NCBI GenBank assembly: GCA_044892525.1
Contig: CM097886.1
Coordinates: forward strand, 30,070,001 to 30,134,000
Source of the DNA: Schmidtea polychroa
Lineage: Eukaryota
Length of the DNA stretch: 64,000 nt
Direction: 5' to 3'
In this document: positions 36,482 through 46,660 of the stretch, piece by piece
Numbering within the stretch: position 1 is the stretch's first letter
Layout of the letters: each line of letters opens with the position of its first letter
Translations under genes and position numbers: made by a program
The notes under the pieces: generated by a model
What the model was told of the DNA's origin: nothing
The model's database searches: none
Seen by the model: the letters and a program-made list of their open reading frames with translations, nothing else

Positions 36482-36542
36482 CGCGTCTGTGTGCGCTTTT
36501 TACTTTCCTTGTGTTTTTTGGTTGTGTGCGCACACAGACGCG
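36482..36542. other. Perfect 15-bp GC-rich inverted repeat with 31-nt T-rich loop
   Basis: CGCGTCTGTGTGCGC (36482-36496) and GCGCACACAGACGCG (36528-36542). Confidence 0.85.
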
Positions 36543-36718
36543 TAAAATTGAGAATGGGTTGTGATTGTGCCTTGGAGTGAGGGGAATTTTTGTGTTTCTT
36601 CTGAACTGGCATTTGTTTGAGTGTGAATTGCAGGCGTGTTTCGAGAATTTTTGAGTTTTAATTTTGTGTGTATTTTTAGTTGAACTCGAATTGTTAGATT
36701 CTTATCGATTTTCGGTTT

Positions 36719-37429
36719 ATGTACTTCCGATCAAATATGGCTGCTTTTAACGAAGGGAGTTATGATTCAAACAATATGATCCAGGATAAATGTTCCTTTG
36801 AATCGGATAACGTCAATGGTGTTTTTGGCCAACTAATCTCAAATTTATTTGGTGGATTGATTTCCGTTGGTATTCGAGGCAATAATTGTGATGTAGTAGC
36901 TACACAAAGACAGGTTCCAGATAAAATGATTGAGAAGAGTTCAGCTACAAGATTGTTTAATATTACTGAAAGTACTGGAGGTGTTATGACTGGTATGATC
37001 CCTGATTATCGATCTCAAGTATGTCGTGCACAAATGGAAGCAGCTCGATTTAAATATAAACATGGATATGAAATGCCTTGTGACATAATATGTCGTTCTA
37101 TTGCGGATATTAAGCAGCTTTCTACCCAATCAACTGAGATGCGACCATTAGGTTGTTCAATGATGGCATTATCTTATGGTATTGAAATGGACAAATTGTT
37201 ATTATTCAAAACTGATCCCCGTGGCTATGTGGATGAAAATAAAATGATTATTCGTTATCTTGAATTTAAACAGATGGTAAAAGAACAGTACTGTTATAAC
37301 TATGGGAAAAACCCTCGGCGAATACCCATGGTCGAGCCGGAAAAAACAGTAACACCTGCAAGTGGAAACAAGACAAAAATTCCCAAAAGAATCCTCAAAG
37401 GGAATGAAAGAATTCAGGAGATATTTTGA
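36719..37429 (+). CDS. PSMA6: Chimeric 236-aa ORF containing the central part of proteasome subunit alpha-6 (alpha1)
   Basis: aa 45-170 (nt 36851-37228: GGLISVGIRG...QVPDKM...VMTGM..D.RSQV.RA..EAA.FKYKHGYE.P.D..C..IADI.Q..TQ..EMRPLGC...KTDP.GY) matches PSMA6 residues about 35-160; the flanks are unrelated. Confidence 0.9.
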   Translation: MYFRSNMAAFNEGSYDSNNMIQDKCSFESDNVNGVFGQLISNLFGGLISVGIRGNNCDVVATQRQVPDKMIEKSSATRLFNITESTGGVMTGMIPDYRSQVCRAQMEAARFKYKHGYEMPCDIICRSIADIKQLSTQSTEMRPLGCSMMALSYGIEMDKLLLFKTDPRGYVDENKMIIRYLEFKQMVKEQYCYNYGKNPRRIPMVEPEKTVTPASGNKTKIPKRILKGNERIQEIF

Positions 37430-37534
37430 CAGAATATAAAAGATAGAGTCGGAAAAGCAAACGCAGATAGAAAGACCGAAACAAGAAACGAAGACGACAA
37501 GAACTTAGATTTAACGAACCAACTCAAGCACGAA

Positions 37535-38670
37535 ATGATACAAGAAATAACGTTGGAATCAGAGGAGGAAACTATCTTCGAGAATAGAAAACTCAAGAAA
37601 GTGGAAAGAATGCAGAATATGCAAATCAATATGATGAGAATGGCTGGAAACGACTCATCAACGGACGAGGAAGAAAGCCATGTAAGTAGCTTGGGCGGAG
37701 AAGTATTTCAATTGAACGAAGTCATTGGGCAACTAAAAGACAGAATCGCGGAAAGCCACGAGAACGTAAGTGAAGAGGGAAGTGAGGTAACAAGCGAAAG
37801 TGGAGAGGATGATACCGAAAGGATGTTAAGAAACGAAAAAGGGGAAACAATGAAATATGTAACAGACATACTTCCAGTGGTAGTGAGAAACCAAGAATTT
37901 ATTGAAGCTACTCCATATAAACGCTTCATCCAAAAAATAATGAGGTTGCAAAGGAGTGAAAAAGACATATTACCAGATGAGGAGAAAATAATAATAAAGA
38001 AGTATATGGAAAAAATGAAACAAGCTGATACAACGCGATATGTCATCAAGATAGAGACGAGTAATGATATCGAAAGAATATGGATAAAGAATACAGTAAC
38101 CGATGAACTCTTCGATTGGATTCGTGAACATCTGGCTAATTCAAGAAAGAAATAATACTTATACCAACACCCAGGAGAACAGATTAAACCGGATATGCAT
38201 TTAGTAGACGCGTTAATATGGCCAGGAGAGACCTAAATACTAAAGATGCACAAAGACAAGCAGCCAATAAACAATTACGAATGGGCAAGAGATGCCAAGG
38301 CAGAATATGAATTCAACATCAAACTGAAACTAGAGCAAACGAAACAACATATTTAGAAACGAAATCTAGAAATATTGATCAAACAAATCCAAGAACAAAT
38401 AGAGGATAGTAGGGACCTACTACTAGAAAAACAATCACCCCCATGCATGAATGCATGAGTAACTTACGAGATACCGAACTATTCAGAATGAGTAGCTGGA
38501 AAACCACCAACTTGATACGAAAATATGGAAGATTAAAAGAGAAACAACCCGTCAAACTCATGATAACGATATTGTTACCAAACGAAGAAAAACAACAAAT
38601 AAAAATGAATAACCAAGATAAGGTCGGTGATCTAGTAGCGAAAATCAATGAAACGATAACAGAACGATAA
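37535..38670 (+). pseudogene. Acidic ORF remnant with UBX/ubiquitin-like segments
   Basis: 38036-38248 reads ...LFDWI...YLYQHP...L.DALIWPGET.IL through two TAA codons, resembling UBX LFDFV...YKL..TFP...L.E..LFPQETLFL; 38560-38652 MITILLPNEEKQQIKM...DKVGDLVAKI resembles a beta-grasp N-terminus. Confidence 0.35.
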
Positions 38671-38683
38671 AAAGACCAATATA

Positions 38684-39540
38684 TGTCAAGCAGAGAAGCA
38701 ATGGCAAAGAAAGATATGATAAAAACAGAACTATAAAAGGGAAAAATCAGACACGAAATTGGAAAATGCGCAAATCTGAGGAAGTGGAATAAAGTGAAAT
38801 GTTATCGAAATTAAAGCTGGAAAACGGGGGAGGGGTAGATTAGGGAATGTTGAGGAAGACAGTGAGCAAGAAATTGTAAGAAAATGTTCAGAAAGGTCGT
38901 AAAACAGACAAATGTGAAAAAACGTAAAATATTAATTAATTAATTAATTAATTGGCTAATGAGAAACCCAAGCTAATGGAGAACCCGAGTGATGAAGAAA
39001 ACCCGAGCATAGCAATTTGGAAGGGTAAATAAACGAGGAATTCAGAGGGCAATTATCCAAACAACCGGATAAACGAGGGTAAAGAAAAGATGGGGAATTA
39101 CGAAGAGAGTCAACAGAAATAGCTAATTAGGGAATGATAACTAAAGAAGTCAAAACAAATTAGGTCGAAAATGAGGCAATTACAACGATTATGGAAGTAT
39201 ATAAGGAAACTCAAAATTCACATAATCGGCGATAGCCTTAGGTAGGGAAGAAGAAACAGACGATGGGATTTCGAGGAATAAAATTAAAGAAGAAAAGGAT
39301 TATAATAAAAACTGAAGAGTTAGACAAGGAGTGTTAAAAGAGATTGGATCAGAGAGCGGAACCGAATCGAAAGGTGAACTTATTTTTTAATCGTACAAGG
39401 TTGAGACCTTCCAGAGCGGAGTCCGATCTGAAATTGTATGAGAATTGTGGTTAACCAACAGTGTAATTAATTGTTGAGAGTTGTAAATTTCTATTAAACA
39501 AATATACGTTGGGAGTTTGTGTTTATTGATTTTGGTATCA
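38684..39540 (+). mobile_element. Long LTR-like repeat (857 bp)
   Basis: Starts TGTCAAG, ends TGGTATCA; homologous to inverted copy 1771-2594; right flank lost in a gap. Confidence 0.6.
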
Positions 39541-39969
39541 TANNNNNNNNNNNNNNNNNNNNNNNNNNNNNNNNNNNNNNNNNNNNNNNNNNNNNNNNNN
39601 NNNNNNNNNNNNNNNNNNNNNNNNNNNNNNNNNNNNNNNNNNNNNNNNNNNNNNNNNNNNNNNNNNNNNNNNNNNNNNNNNNNNNNNNNNNNNNNNNNNN
39701 NNNNNNNNNNNNNNNNNNNNNNNNNNNNNNNNNNNNNNNNNNNNNNNNNNNNNNNNNNNNNNNNNNNNNNNNNNNNNNNNNNNNNNNNNNNNNNNNNNNN
39801 NNNNNNNNNNNNNNNNNNNNNNNNNNNNNNNNNNNNNNNNNNNNNNNNNNNNNNNNNNNNNNNNNNNNNNNNNNNNNNNNNNNNNNNNNNNNNNNNNNNN
39901 NNNNNNNNNNNNNNNNNNNNNAATGTCTTTTCCAAAAATAATGATAATAATGATATCTATATATCATTA

Positions 39970-40397
39970 TAAAGATCTTGCACTGGGCTTTAAAATGAGC
40001 TATCGGTCAATTAAATCAAATGAAAAGAACTAAACCTTTTGTGGTGCCAAAAAGTAGGGGTCCGCTGGCTCAATTAATAATATTTTTTATAATAATAATT
40101 GCATGAAAAATAGTCGGGGTCCGCTGGCTCAATTGTTAATATCGTTAAAATTAATAATGATAATAATAATGTCTATAGCTCATTCGAAAGGTCTTGCAGT
40201 GGGCTTAAAGATGAGCTATCGGTCAATGAAATCGGATGATAGGAACACTAACCTTTTGGGTGTCAGGAAGTAGGGGTCCGCTGGCTCAATTAATAATATT
40301 TTTAAAAATAATGATTTATTGATGAGTCATCGGATGAGTCAATGTCTTTGTTCTAAAATATTTTCACCCGGGGGGGTATGTGAGCCAGCGGACCCCT
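39970..40397. repeat. About 215-bp duplication with GGGGTCCGCTGGCTCA motif, three direct and one inverted copy
   Basis: Motif near 40037, 40096, 40274 and inverted at 40381-40396. Confidence 0.7.
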
Positions 40398-40540
40398 TTC
40401 CATCTACTGAAGTGGTATACTACGCAAATACGGTTAGAATATAAGATGGTGAATTCATATTTGAACCAAATCAAATACTGATTAAAGACGTGGGGATTAC
40501 AACAAAAATTGCAAACCTTTTAAAATTTAAGAAAAAAAAT

Positions 40541-40936
40541 TCATTCTTCAATAATCGATATAAACTCGTGTGCCAAAGATATTGTACAAGATATTATAAT
40601 GCCTTTAAAGAAATGAGCTTCAATGAATTGAAAAACTGGTATGTAAATATTGCATTCCAATGATATTGTTTCGTGTTTAGTCTCAACCGGATTGGGACCA
40701 AATTCTTTTAATAAATTTTGATCATGCATTCCACTCTTTAAACCCGATAGAAACGGGCCTTCTTTCTCTAAAATCTGGAAACTAATTAATAATGAAATCC
40801 TTGCCAGAGCCAACGAATTCATTTTATTTTCGAATGATGAAATAAGTTGATCATAAAGGTTTTTCAAATTAACACTAATCTGATGCCATAATTTTTTAGA
40901 ATGGAGATTCATAATCTCTGTCCAGTAATTATCCAT
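40541..40936 (-). pseudogene. PSMD13: N-terminal fragment of 26S proteasome lid subunit Rpn9 fused to unrelated sequence
   Basis: W..I..L.SKKLWHQI...LYDQLISSFENKMNSLAL..I matches PSMD13 W..LEELYTKKLWHQL...LYENFISEFEHRVNPLSL..I; only about 60 of about 376 aa are present. Confidence 0.7.
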
Positions 40937-41781
40937 TTTTAGAAAAATTAATTTAACTAATAAATTAGAATTTGCAAAATAAAATTATTTTTAAATCCTT
41001 TACAACTTTCCATAAAACTAAAATCATAAATTCAAACAAACAGAATCACAATAATAATTTCCGAAAAATCCAAAAAGTCAATTAAATCAAAAAAACTAAT
41101 ATTCTTCAACAGATATAACGTCGATTATAATGATGTGTTTTCTACAATTTGGGATGTTACATCTGCTAGAATTTTACAATTATTTTAATAAATGTTGATA
41201 TTAATAAATGTATTCAATCAGACTTGTTTTTCTTACCAATTTAACAAAGACATTTGAATAGGAATGGCAAATAACTGCATTACGAATGCAATTTTAACAA
41301 AGACATGTTTTAAACCATATTAAAACATCTATTTAAATGTTATTAATAATAATGATATCGGAAAAGGGTATATTGTGAATATTTAATCATCTATTAATTA
41401 TTATATTAAAATATTTAATAAGTTTTTTGGTTGATAAATTAGAGGAAATATCAGTTATAAAAATTAGAAAATTAATGACTGTTTCATAGTCTGAAGTACC
41501 TAATGAATCGCACAATTAAGATCTATACTTGATTAAATTATATTGAAATAACCAAGACCATTTGGAAAGAAATCAATTACCAGAGCGGAAGCGGAGTCAC
41601 GCATCGATGGTAGAGCAACCAAGTTCGCAACCAAGTGTAAATTATAATTATATATTTATATTCATTATTTTGTACAAAAAACAGTAGAACACCGAGATAT
41701 ATATTTAGCTATCAAATCATAAATAAACTATTGGAAAAATGTTTATCTATACTAAAAGATCAAAATGTAAGTTTTTGCAAA

Positions 41782-43212
41782 CTAAAATAATTTCTCCTTA
41801 AATATATATTTTTTTCGAAGATTTTCTATTTCATTTTGGAAATCGGGTCCCTCAAAGTTGTCATTGTCATTTCTACATAAATTATTTTTTAATGTCATCA
41901 ACATTGCTTCAATTTCTATTGTTGGCATGGTTTCATTGAAGATCATCAGAATATTTTCATCGCTTATCAATTTCACCAAATTTGGTAAAGATTCCTTTTT
42001 GTATTTGAAACATATTAGTGGATTCTGCTTATTGTAAAAATTGACAGAAAGCAGCGGATTTCCTTTATCCTCACTCTGAAGAGTAAATGAGGCTATGACA
42101 AATTTTACATGAAGTTCTTTCAATTTTGATTCGAATTCATGAATATCTTTATTAACTTCTTTACCTTGACAGTTGGGCTTGAGTTCTATTTGAATCTGAC
42201 CGAATATTTTGTATAGATTTCTTTCTTGTATCTTTCCTACTATATCAGTGTATTTACTCATGATATTCCAAATGTGGTAATCACAGACTCTACTAATAAA
42301 CTCGCTACTGAACCAAATGCTAGGGCTGTCATTTTCCTGTCCAATGACAGTTCTTATCAATTCATTACGGAACTCTTTGTTACGACCTATATCATTCAAA
42401 GCCTGTCTAAACATACATTCTATTGCCTTAACAGTTTTGTGTTGATATCCGTACCGATGTAGCAAGTGTCGGTAATAAAACACATCGTGAATGTGAAATA
42501 TTTCTTTGTCTCTTAATGCCAAATGCCACTTGTTAGTATTTTTAATCTTTGCGATCCGCATAAAGTGCAGAATTCGTTTGATATCATGGATTTTATTCTT
42601 ATTCGACCATCCAAAGTGGATAGAGTCTCGACACATGTAGTCGAATTTGTCCACATCTAAGCCTGAACTTTTATTGGCAACGATTTCAAAAAGAAACATT
42701 CTTTCTTCTCTCTCCTGAAAATCACCTAGAATTATTCTTCGTATTAAATCGATCATATTGTCATTCAATCCTATTTTATCTTTTATAATTTTAGTGTCAC
42801 CCAATTTTTTATTGTTGATAAGCATTGAAAATATTTCGCATGATAAATCTTCATGTTTTCTTGACTCAATGGATTTATCATCGAATACGTGCTCCCAAAC
42901 ATGTGAGTAAGGCCCATGACCCAAATCATGGCACAATGCTGCGATTTCTACACATTTTATATCGTCATCTGAAATCGTAATATCTGAAATCTCTTTGTCG
43001 ATCTGAATTTTAATTTGCTTTAAAAGCTCTGAAGCTAAATGAAACGTTCCTATTGAATGCTCAAATCTCGAATAGCCAGCAGATGGGTAAACTAAATATC
43101 CGAATCCCAATTGGCAAATGTGTCTTAGCCGTTGAAATTGGATAGTGTCGATGATTTCCGTTATATATGTCGGCAGTTTGATAATTCCATGAACTATGTC
43201 ATTGACAATTGT
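41782..43212 (-). CDS. SAMHD1: SAMHD1-like HD-domain dNTP triphosphohydrolase, large terminal exon (476 codons)
   Basis: The frame extends upstream of the listed ORF to an AG acceptor at 43213-43214 (TIVNDIVHG..IIDTIQFQRLR..QLG); SRFEHSIG, ALCHDLGHGPYSH, HED, DVDKFDY..RD and R..LH...YQHK are all intact. First exon not identified. Confidence 0.93.
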   Translation of the reverse strand, partial: TIVNDIVHGIIKLPTYITEIIDTIQFQRLRHICQLGFGYLVYPSAGYSRFEHSIGTFHLASELLKQIKIQIDKEISDITISDDDIKCVEIAALCHDLGHGPYSHVWEHVFDDKSIESRKHEDLSCEIFSMLINNKKLGDTKIIKDKIGLNDNMIDLIRRIILGDFQEREERMFLFEIVANKSSGLDVDKFDYMCRDSIHFGWSNKNKIHDIKRILHFMRIAKIKNTNKWHLALRDKEIFHIHDVFYYRHLLHRYGYQHKTVKAIECMFRQALNDIGRNKEFRNELIRTVIGQENDSPSIWFSSEFISRVCDYHIWNIMSKYTDIVGKIQERNLYKIFGQIQIELKPNCQGKEVNKDIHEFESKLKELHVKFVIASFTLQSEDKGNPLLSVNFYNKQNPLICFKYKKESLPNLVKLISDENILMIFNETMPTIEIEAMLMTLKNNLCRNDNDNFEGPDFQNEIENLRKKYIFKEKLF

Positions 43213-43892
43213 CTACAATAATATATTTAATAATATTAACAGTAATGAAAGAATTTTTAAATATTGTTTGATTCGATGACATTAGATTAGAAACGGGTGA
43301 AAGCACTAAAATTCCAAAAAAGAAATCCACATTATTTTCTTTTGCTTTGCCCTCCTTAAAATAATCATTTAATTAGATGTTAATTTGATAAATAAGAATA
43401 AAGATTGCCTAATAAAATTAAACCTTTTTCTTGAAGAGTTACAATTTCATTGGTGGACGGATAATCGCATTTATAAATTCAACCAATCAAATGCCACAGG
43501 TAAAATATGTACGATATAAAGGTTCATAATGATGTCGTTTTTCGATCTTTTGATGTCGATTTTTCATTTATAATTGTGAACCAGAATTACACTTATCGCA
43601 AAGTAATTCCAGAATATCAAATCATTAGGAAAATAGAAACGGTTTCAAAAATAAGTTAATAAATTACTAATAAAATTTTTTTTACCGTTTTTGGATATTC
43701 AGATTGAGAAAACGGACTGGACATCTTGTTGACTAGTTTGGGAAATGCTGAAGATAAAGTTGAAATTAAAATATTTATACAATAAAATCGAATAATAATA
43801 TTATTAATATGTATCTACTGAATATAATTACCTTATTATATTCAAATGAAATGATGAAATCTATCATTATATTATAAAGAATATATCACATA

Positions 43893-44625
43893 CAGTGGGG
43901 TAGCAAGTAGAGGGGGGGGGGGCAAGTGCGTTTATCATGTCCCGTGCGTTACTCGAAGAGGGCGTCAAATGGTCCCTAAGACAAACAAGATTATCCGGAA
44001 AATTCCAATTTTAATTTTTGTCGATTTCTGGAAAATTAATTAATTAATAATTATTGTAAAATTATTAATTATTTCCTTTCTTCAATTGTCTAATAAAATA
44101 TATTAAAAATAATGTTTGCAGTAAATCAATCAAATATCTCCGTATACAGAACGTTCTTTCTTCTTTCTGAACACTTTATTTTTCTAAGATAGTGATATAT
44201 TTTTATTTTTCTAAAAAAAGGTACAGACAATGCAACAGAAACACTCATTGTAATTCCTTACGTTCTGGAGTTCAAAGATGTTGTTTATTTAAAATTCAGT
44301 AATAATCTTCAAATAATATCGAAATGATTATTCGTGGATTCCGCATTTTTCAGAGCGAATTCAGTCTAAATGCAGTCAAATTTAAAGCATAAACTGAGCA
44401 TGTGTCCCAATTTATCCGGAAAAACAGTATAGTATTTGGTAGAAGCGTAATTAGGTAGTCAATATTCGTTATATTATAAAGTATTTTAAGTTAGATACTG
44501 CATTCTATTATTATTTGGATTATATTCATATTACGACTATATTCAATATATTTTACTACTGTAAGTTTTCAGTGGGACACCAAAATTATCTTACCCGGGT
44601 GTCAGTTATGCTCACTACGCCATTG
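43893..44625 (-). mobile_element. Old internally deleted hAT-like element
   Basis: Termini CAGTGGGGTAG / CTACGCCATTG; imperfect 8-bp TSD ATCACATA/ATCAGATG; minus-strand SVSVA...KIK.Y.YLR resembles a hAT dimerisation domain. Confidence 0.5.
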
Positions 44626-46660
44626 ATCAGATGATCAAGAAAAGAGATGTGTGAAATTCATTATCAAGAAAGATGATAGATGTAAGACTGCAATGCACAA
44701 TTGGGTGTTTTGAACTGTTTTGAAATATATCACACAAAAAATTATAAATTAAACTAAACTTTGCACTTTATATTTGTATTCTATGAAAATAAAAAAATAT
44801 AAAATTTATTTCAGAATNNNNNNNNNNNNNNNNNNNNNNNNNNNNNNNNNNNNNNNNNNNNNNNNNNNNNNNNNNNNNNNNNNNNNNNNNNNNNNNNNNN
44901 NNNNNNNNNNNNNNNNNNNNNNNNNNNNNNNNNNNNNNNNNNNNNNNNNNNNNNNNNNNNNNNNNNNNNNATACCAAGTGCAAATTCAATCTAACTTCCT
45001 TCTAAATATTTCCGACAGTTACTTGAACCTTTTTCTTCCTATTTACTCTATCGTACTCTCGTTTGCACATCTTAACTTATCGTCGCTTCTCATCAATTGT
45101 TGTCCTCGTAACTTGTTAAAATAGTTAACACTCATTAAGTTTATTCATGCTCCAGTGTCTAATAAACAGTCGAAAATTTCTCCATTTATCATTACTGTTA
45201 CACTAGGTCATCCGAGTAGCTTGATATACACAATTTCTACCGCGTACTCAGTTCAAATTCTTTCTACTTCCTCTTCAAACTTTTTTTCCATTAGGAACCT
45301 GTATACTTTCTAACTTACCCTTTCTAGATTATCCCACTTTTCTCCCCGTTGGTAAGTAAGGAAGCGATTCTCATAATAAACAGAGGGCCAACAATCAACA
45401 CTAAAGAGATGATCAATGAAATCATCAATTTGATTTGTTGTTTTTGAACTTGAGAATAGCTTTTAAAAAATGAAATTAAAAATTAAAAAATTACAATTTC
45501 AAATAATATAGAAAAATAGATAAAATATAATTTTAAAAGAACATTAGGATTTGAAAATCAAAATAGAAACATTTTTTTAAATATTTAAATTGCGTATATA
45601 AATAGATATTGGAAACAATATTTGATAAATATTTTGAGATAGTATTTATTAAAATAGGTTTCTATGAGTTAATTATAGAAGCTTTACAAATTTAAAAATT
45701 TTTCTTAGTGTGTCGTTTTGAGTTTTAGAGGGTATTTAATTAAAAAAAAATTTTAAATTTTATATTCTTCAGAAAAAAGTTTATTATTATTTTTAACTAA
45801 TGAGAAGTAAGAAAAAAGAAATAAAAGAGAAGATGAAAGAGCATTTTGTAAAATAAGAGAAGCTAAATTGCATGAAATTGAAAAGGGCTATCTTNNNNNN
45901 NNNNNNNNNNNNNNNNNNNNNNNNNNNNNNNNNNNNNNNNNNNNNNNNNNNNNNNNNNNNNNNNNNNNNNNNNNNNNNNNNNNNNNNNNNNNNNNNNNNN
46001 NNNNNNNNNNNNNNNNNNNNNNNNNNNNNNNNNNNNNNNNNNNNNNNNNNNNNNNNNNNNNNNNNNNNNNNNNNNNNNNNNNNNNNNNNNNNNNNNNNNN
46101 NNNNNNNNNNNNNNNNNNNNNNNNNNNNNNNNNNNNNNNNNNNNNNNNNNNNNNNNNNNNNNNNNNNTAAACAATTGTACAATAAGTTGTATGCCTCAAA
46201 ATTTGCGCTGCCAAAATAATAATTATAGCAATTGTTTACATGTTTATATATAAAAATTGCCAAACTAAAATTCATTTGATGACATAATAAATAAACAAAG
46301 ATTTTAACATAAATGAATATGCAGTATGTAGAATATGAATGAAAACATCAGGCATTCTGAAAATGTCAATAAATCCATAAACCGATTGGAATTGATTTAT
46401 CTATTTGCACCTTTCATTGATAATTGCACCTTGCATTTACTGGTGTTCGTTTCTAATCTGAACTTTGTTACGAACCTTTACCAATTTGGCGGGTTTAAAA
46501 TTATAATTATTTTGAGATAATTACAAGAGTATCAGATGTCACGTCTGACCAAAGAATGTCATGCGTCTCGTCAAATGTCTTATAGTACTTTTACATATTT
46601 ATAGTATCATTTCGCAAAATAATCAAGAATATATTTTATTTGTAATATTATTGTTTAAAC

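Noticed and set aside
40037-40115. tRNA or SINE suggested by A-box-like TGGCTCAATTG
   Set aside because: No B box (GTTCRA) and no cloverleaf.
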